Below are positions 61,006 to 64,000 of a stretch of 64,000 bases of DNA, piece by piece (position 1 is the first letter of the stretch; each line of letters opens with the position of its first letter). Both the position numbers and the translations under genes were made by a program. Source of the DNA: an uncultured cyanobacterium (GTDB lineage Bacteria > Cyanobacteriota > Cyanobacteriia > PCC-9006 > JAAUQQ01); contig OY970368.1 in assembly GCA_963718615.1 (NCBI GenBank), forward strand, positions 928,001 to 992,000, given 5' to 3'. A model generated the notes under the pieces. It was not told the DNA's origin and did no database searches. It worked only from the letters and a program-made list of their open reading frames with translations.

Positions 61006-61564
61006 ACTGGCCGATCGCAACAACAAAACCTCCGCCATCAGCTTTTGCAACAACGCCATCACCTCTGCCAACGTTGGCTGTGATGACCTTTGGCGAGACC
61101 GCTGGGCTAGCTCTGCCTCCCGTTCTTCTCGCTCTTACCGCATCTCAGCGAGCTGCTCGCGAAGTGGCCCCGTACTTGGAATGATGTAGCTATCTTGAAC
61201 AATCTCGGAGCGCCTCGGTGGTCTCGATGAGTTTGTCGATATCTTGGCGATCGCTCACTGCCCTGACAACTCATCTAAGTTTTTGTCAACGATTTCCAAC
61301 TGCTTCTTGAGCAGATACCTCAACTTTTGCGAATAACTCAGCTCGTTCCACATAACTGGGTCAATACCAGCCGCTTCCGGATACGCATCTATCTTGGCGA
61401 GCATGTCTGCAATGTCAATTTGGACTCTTTCCCTCGGTTTCTTTTGCGCCATAAGTTTTCACTGACATTATTGACATCGTAAACAGAATGGCAAGAAAAG
61501 GCAAACAATTTGCCAAATTTGACACCAACTTGCTCGGCCTCCTAGGCTGGGTGGCGCGAAGCAG
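61006..61564. repeat. Duplicated segment, copy 2 (ORF C intact, ORFs A and B disrupted)
   Basis: Direct repeat of 58570-59290 with a 162-bp deletion at a CTC microhomology. Confidence 0.95.
61255..61452 (-). CDS. Second copy of ORF C
   Basis: Protein identical to 58981..59178. Confidence 0.6.
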   Translation of the reverse strand: MAQKKPRERVQIDIADMLAKIDAYPEAAGIDPVMWNELSYSQKLRYLLKKQLEIVDKNLDELSGQ

Positions 61565-61648
61565 AAGACCCACTTTGAAGAGCTGACCCACCAACTTCAA
61601 CATCCTCGTCGGCGCTGGGGAAGCTCACCCACCCATACCAAAATCCAT

Positions 61649-61683
61649 AAAAAACAGGCACTAGAGAGCCAGTCTCCAGCGCC
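61649..61683 (-). terminator. Intrinsic terminator after ctaE
   Basis: Minus strand GGCGCTGGAGA-CTGGC-TCTCTAGTGCC-TGTTTTTT. Confidence 0.65.
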
Positions 61684-61726
61684 GCAATTTGCAGCCGATG
61701 ACTTAGGACGACCTAGGACAACGGGC

Positions 61727-62341
61727 CTACAGGAGATACAGGAGGATAAAGAGGATAATCCAGACCACATCCACAAAGTGCCAGTAGAGCTCCGCCGCTT
61801 CGATGCCGAATTTGTGGTCAGCGCGGTAGTGGTTGGGTTGGCGCGATCGCCACAGCACCGCCAAAATCGTCAAAACCCCCACCAACACATGGAGCCCGTG
61901 AAATCCAGTCAGCACATAAAACGTGCTGGCAAATAGATTATCCTTCAGTCCAAAGTTGAGATTGCTGTACTCATAGAGCTGGCCCGCCAAAAAGACGATT
62001 CCCAGGACCGCCGTAATCCCAAACCATTGCTGAACCCCTTTGACGTCATTCTCATGAATAGCGTCCTCTGCCTTGTGAATGATAAAGCTACTGCTAATCA
62101 GAATCAGCGTATTGATCCCTGGCAAGAGCAGCTCCAGCTCCGGCATCTGGTCTTCCGGCAGAGACGAAACCGCCCGAAAGGTCAAATAGGCCGCAAACAA
62201 CCCCAGAAAAATCATGCTCTCTGCCACCAGGAACATAATTAATCCAAAGACCCGATGGTCCGGATGCTCCTCGTGGTGGGCAACAGAGGCAGTGCCCGCC
62301 ATATTCAACGTCGTTTCCGTATCAATCGCAGAACCTTGCAT
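61727..62341 (-). CDS. ctaE: Cytochrome c oxidase subunit III
   Basis: FLVAE.MIF, NT.IL..SS, FY.LTGFHGLHV, YWHFVDVVW. Confidence 0.96.
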   Translation of the reverse strand: MQGSAIDTETTLNMAGTASVAHHEEHPDHRVFGLIMFLVAESMIFLGLFAAYLTFRAVSSLPEDQMPELELLLPGINTLILISSSFIIHKAEDAIHENDVKGVQQWFGITAVLGIVFLAGQLYEYSNLNFGLKDNLFASTFYVLTGFHGLHVLVGVLTILAVLWRSRQPNHYRADHKFGIEAAELYWHFVDVVWIILFILLYLL

Positions 62342-62385
62342 AGGTCAAAACCAGCAAAACATTAAAGACCAACTCACCAGGAAAA

Positions 62386-64000
62386 TTATGATTTCGCTGC
62401 CCACAAATCAGACCCGCGAATCGCTCCAATCCGCTTCCGCCCGGACTTTGTGCCATAGGCATAGGGATCCTTAATCAACGGCGGTTCACCAAACCAATTT
62501 TCGACCGGCGGTGGCGAAGTCGTCTGCCACTCCAACGTCAAGGCATTCCAGGGATTGTCCCCGGCCTTTTCGCCCTTGGACCAGGACCAAATCGCATTGA
62601 CAATAAACGGAATGGTGGAAATTGCTAGCAGAAACGACCCCACCGTACAAATCAAATTCACCGTGGCAAATTGGGGATCATACTCCGCTACCCGGCGCGG
62701 CATGCCGTTGAGCCCCAGCCAATGCATTGGCATAAAGCAGAGGTTGAAACCCAAAAACGTCAACACAAAGTGAATCCGGCCCCAGGTTTCATTCATCATT
62801 CGTCCCGTCATTTTTGGGAACCAGTGATAAATCCCGGAATAGAGTCCAAAGACGCTGCCCCCAAACAACACATAGTGCAAATGGGCGACGATGAAATAGG
62901 TATCGTGAACGTGAATATCAAAGGGGACCGAAGCCACCATCACGCCACTAAGACCGCCAACCACAAACATTGAGACAAACCCCATGGCAAACAGCATGGC
63001 GCTGTTGAGCCGAATTTTGCCGCCCCAGAGGGTTGCCACCCAGCTAAAGACCTTGATCCCCGTGGGCACCGCGATAATCATCGTCGCCACCATGAAGAAC
63101 ATGCGCAGCCAGGCCGGGGTGCCGCTGGTGAACATGTGGTGCGCCCAGACGATTAGACCTAGAAAGCTGATGGCGAGACTGGAGTAGGCGATCGCCTTAT
63201 ACCCAAAAATCGGCTTACGCGCATGAACCGGAATAATCTCCGAAATCATCCCAAACACCGGCAAAATCATGATGTAGACCGCCGGGTGGGAGTAAAACCA
63301 GAACATGTGCTGGTACACGATGGGATCGCCACCGCCAGCCGGGTTAAAGAAATTCGTGCCGACCATCAGGTCAAAACTGAGGAGCACTAAGGCCCCAGCC
63401 AAAACCGGCGTAGAGATCAAAATCAGCGCCGAAGCCGCCAGCATCGCCCAGCAAAACAGGGGCATTTGGGTGAGCTGAAGATTGGGTCGACGCATTTTCA
63501 GGATCGTCGTCGAAAAGTTGATCGCCCCCAAAATTGAAGAGGTTCCCAGGAGCAAAACGCTCAGGATCCAAATCAGTTCACCGGTCTTGCCATTGACCAA
63601 ACTCAGCGGGGGATAGGACGTCCAACCCGAGCCCGGTGCTTCCACCAGAAAGCTGCCGATGAGCAATAAACCGGCGGGCGGGATCATCCAAAACGCCACG
63701 GCATTCAGCTTTGGAAACGCCATGTCCCGTGCCCCAATCAGCAGCGGGATCAAATAATTTCCAAAGGCTCCGGTGCCTGCCGGAACGATCCAAAGAAAGA
63801 TCATCACCGTGGCATGGACGGTAAACAGTTGGTTGTAGAGTTCTCGGCTAACGAGGTCAACCTGGGGAGTCGCGAGCTCAGCCCGCACCACAGTGGCTAA
63901 AATACCCCCAATCAAATAGAAAATAAACGACGTCACCAAATACTGAATACCAATGACCTTATGGTCTTCGCTAAAGCTAAAGTAGGTGCGCCAAGTTGTG
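62386..64000 (-). CDS. ctaD: Cytochrome c oxidase subunit I (5' end beyond the window)
   Basis: GWTSYPPL, FWFYSHPAVY, VWAHHMF, HDTYFIVAHLHY, GMPRR. Confidence 0.97.
   Translation of the reverse strand, partial: TTWRTYFSFSEDHKVIGIQYLVTSFIFYLIGGILATVVRAELATPQVDLVSRELYNQLFTVHATVMIFLWIVPAGTGAFGNYLIPLLIGARDMAFPKLNAVAFWMIPPAGLLLIGSFLVEAPGSGWTSYPPLSLVNGKTGELIWILSVLLLGTSSILGAINFSTTILKMRRPNLQLTQMPLFCWAMLAASALILISTPVLAGALVLLSFDLMVGTNFFNPAGGGDPIVYQHMFWFYSHPAVYIMILPVFGMISEIIPVHARKPIFGYKAIAYSSLAISFLGLIVWAHHMFTSGTPAWLRMFFMVATMIIAVPTGIKVFSWVATLWGGKIRLNSAMLFAMGFVSMFVVGGLSGVMVASVPFDIHVHDTYFIVAHLHYVLFGGSVFGLYSGIYHWFPKMTGRMMNETWGRIHFVLTFLGFNLCFMPMHWLGLNGMPRRVAEYDPQFATVNLICTVGSFLLAISTIPFIVNAIWSWSKGEKAGDNPWNALTLEWQTTSPPPVENWFGEPPLIKDPYAYGTKSGRKRIGAIRGSDLWAAKS

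Overview
A cyanobacterial chromosome segment, judged from abundant HIP1 GCGATCGC sites and from nblA, chlG, cpcT, petP, psb35-like, pilA and ctaD/E genes. Most of it is housekeeping (radC, ctp protease, proA, folB, dxs, cimA, aroB, dnaA, hisF, def, rsmB, PBP1A). Two accessory islands stand out. (1) About 16.45-21.6 kb: a chromosomal integron with an IntI gene, a candidate attI preceded by four palindromic repeats, one clear attC, a ~200 bp near-empty cassette, and a candidate ~3.2 kb cassette encoding an EAD-like/CHAT/TM/periplasmic-binding protein. The array ends in an IS110-family remnant that abuts an attC half-site. That remnant is fused directly to an orphan DGR-type variable region (FGE-sulfatase/CLec C-terminus plus GC hairpin), which the ORF track misses. 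(2) About 52.8-61.6 kb around pilA: a toxin-antitoxin hotspot with Uma2, PIN, HNH and DUF4160/DUF2442 genes and fragments, plus a duplicated REP-flanked three-ORF unit. All calls come from motif recognition by eye; no searches were run.
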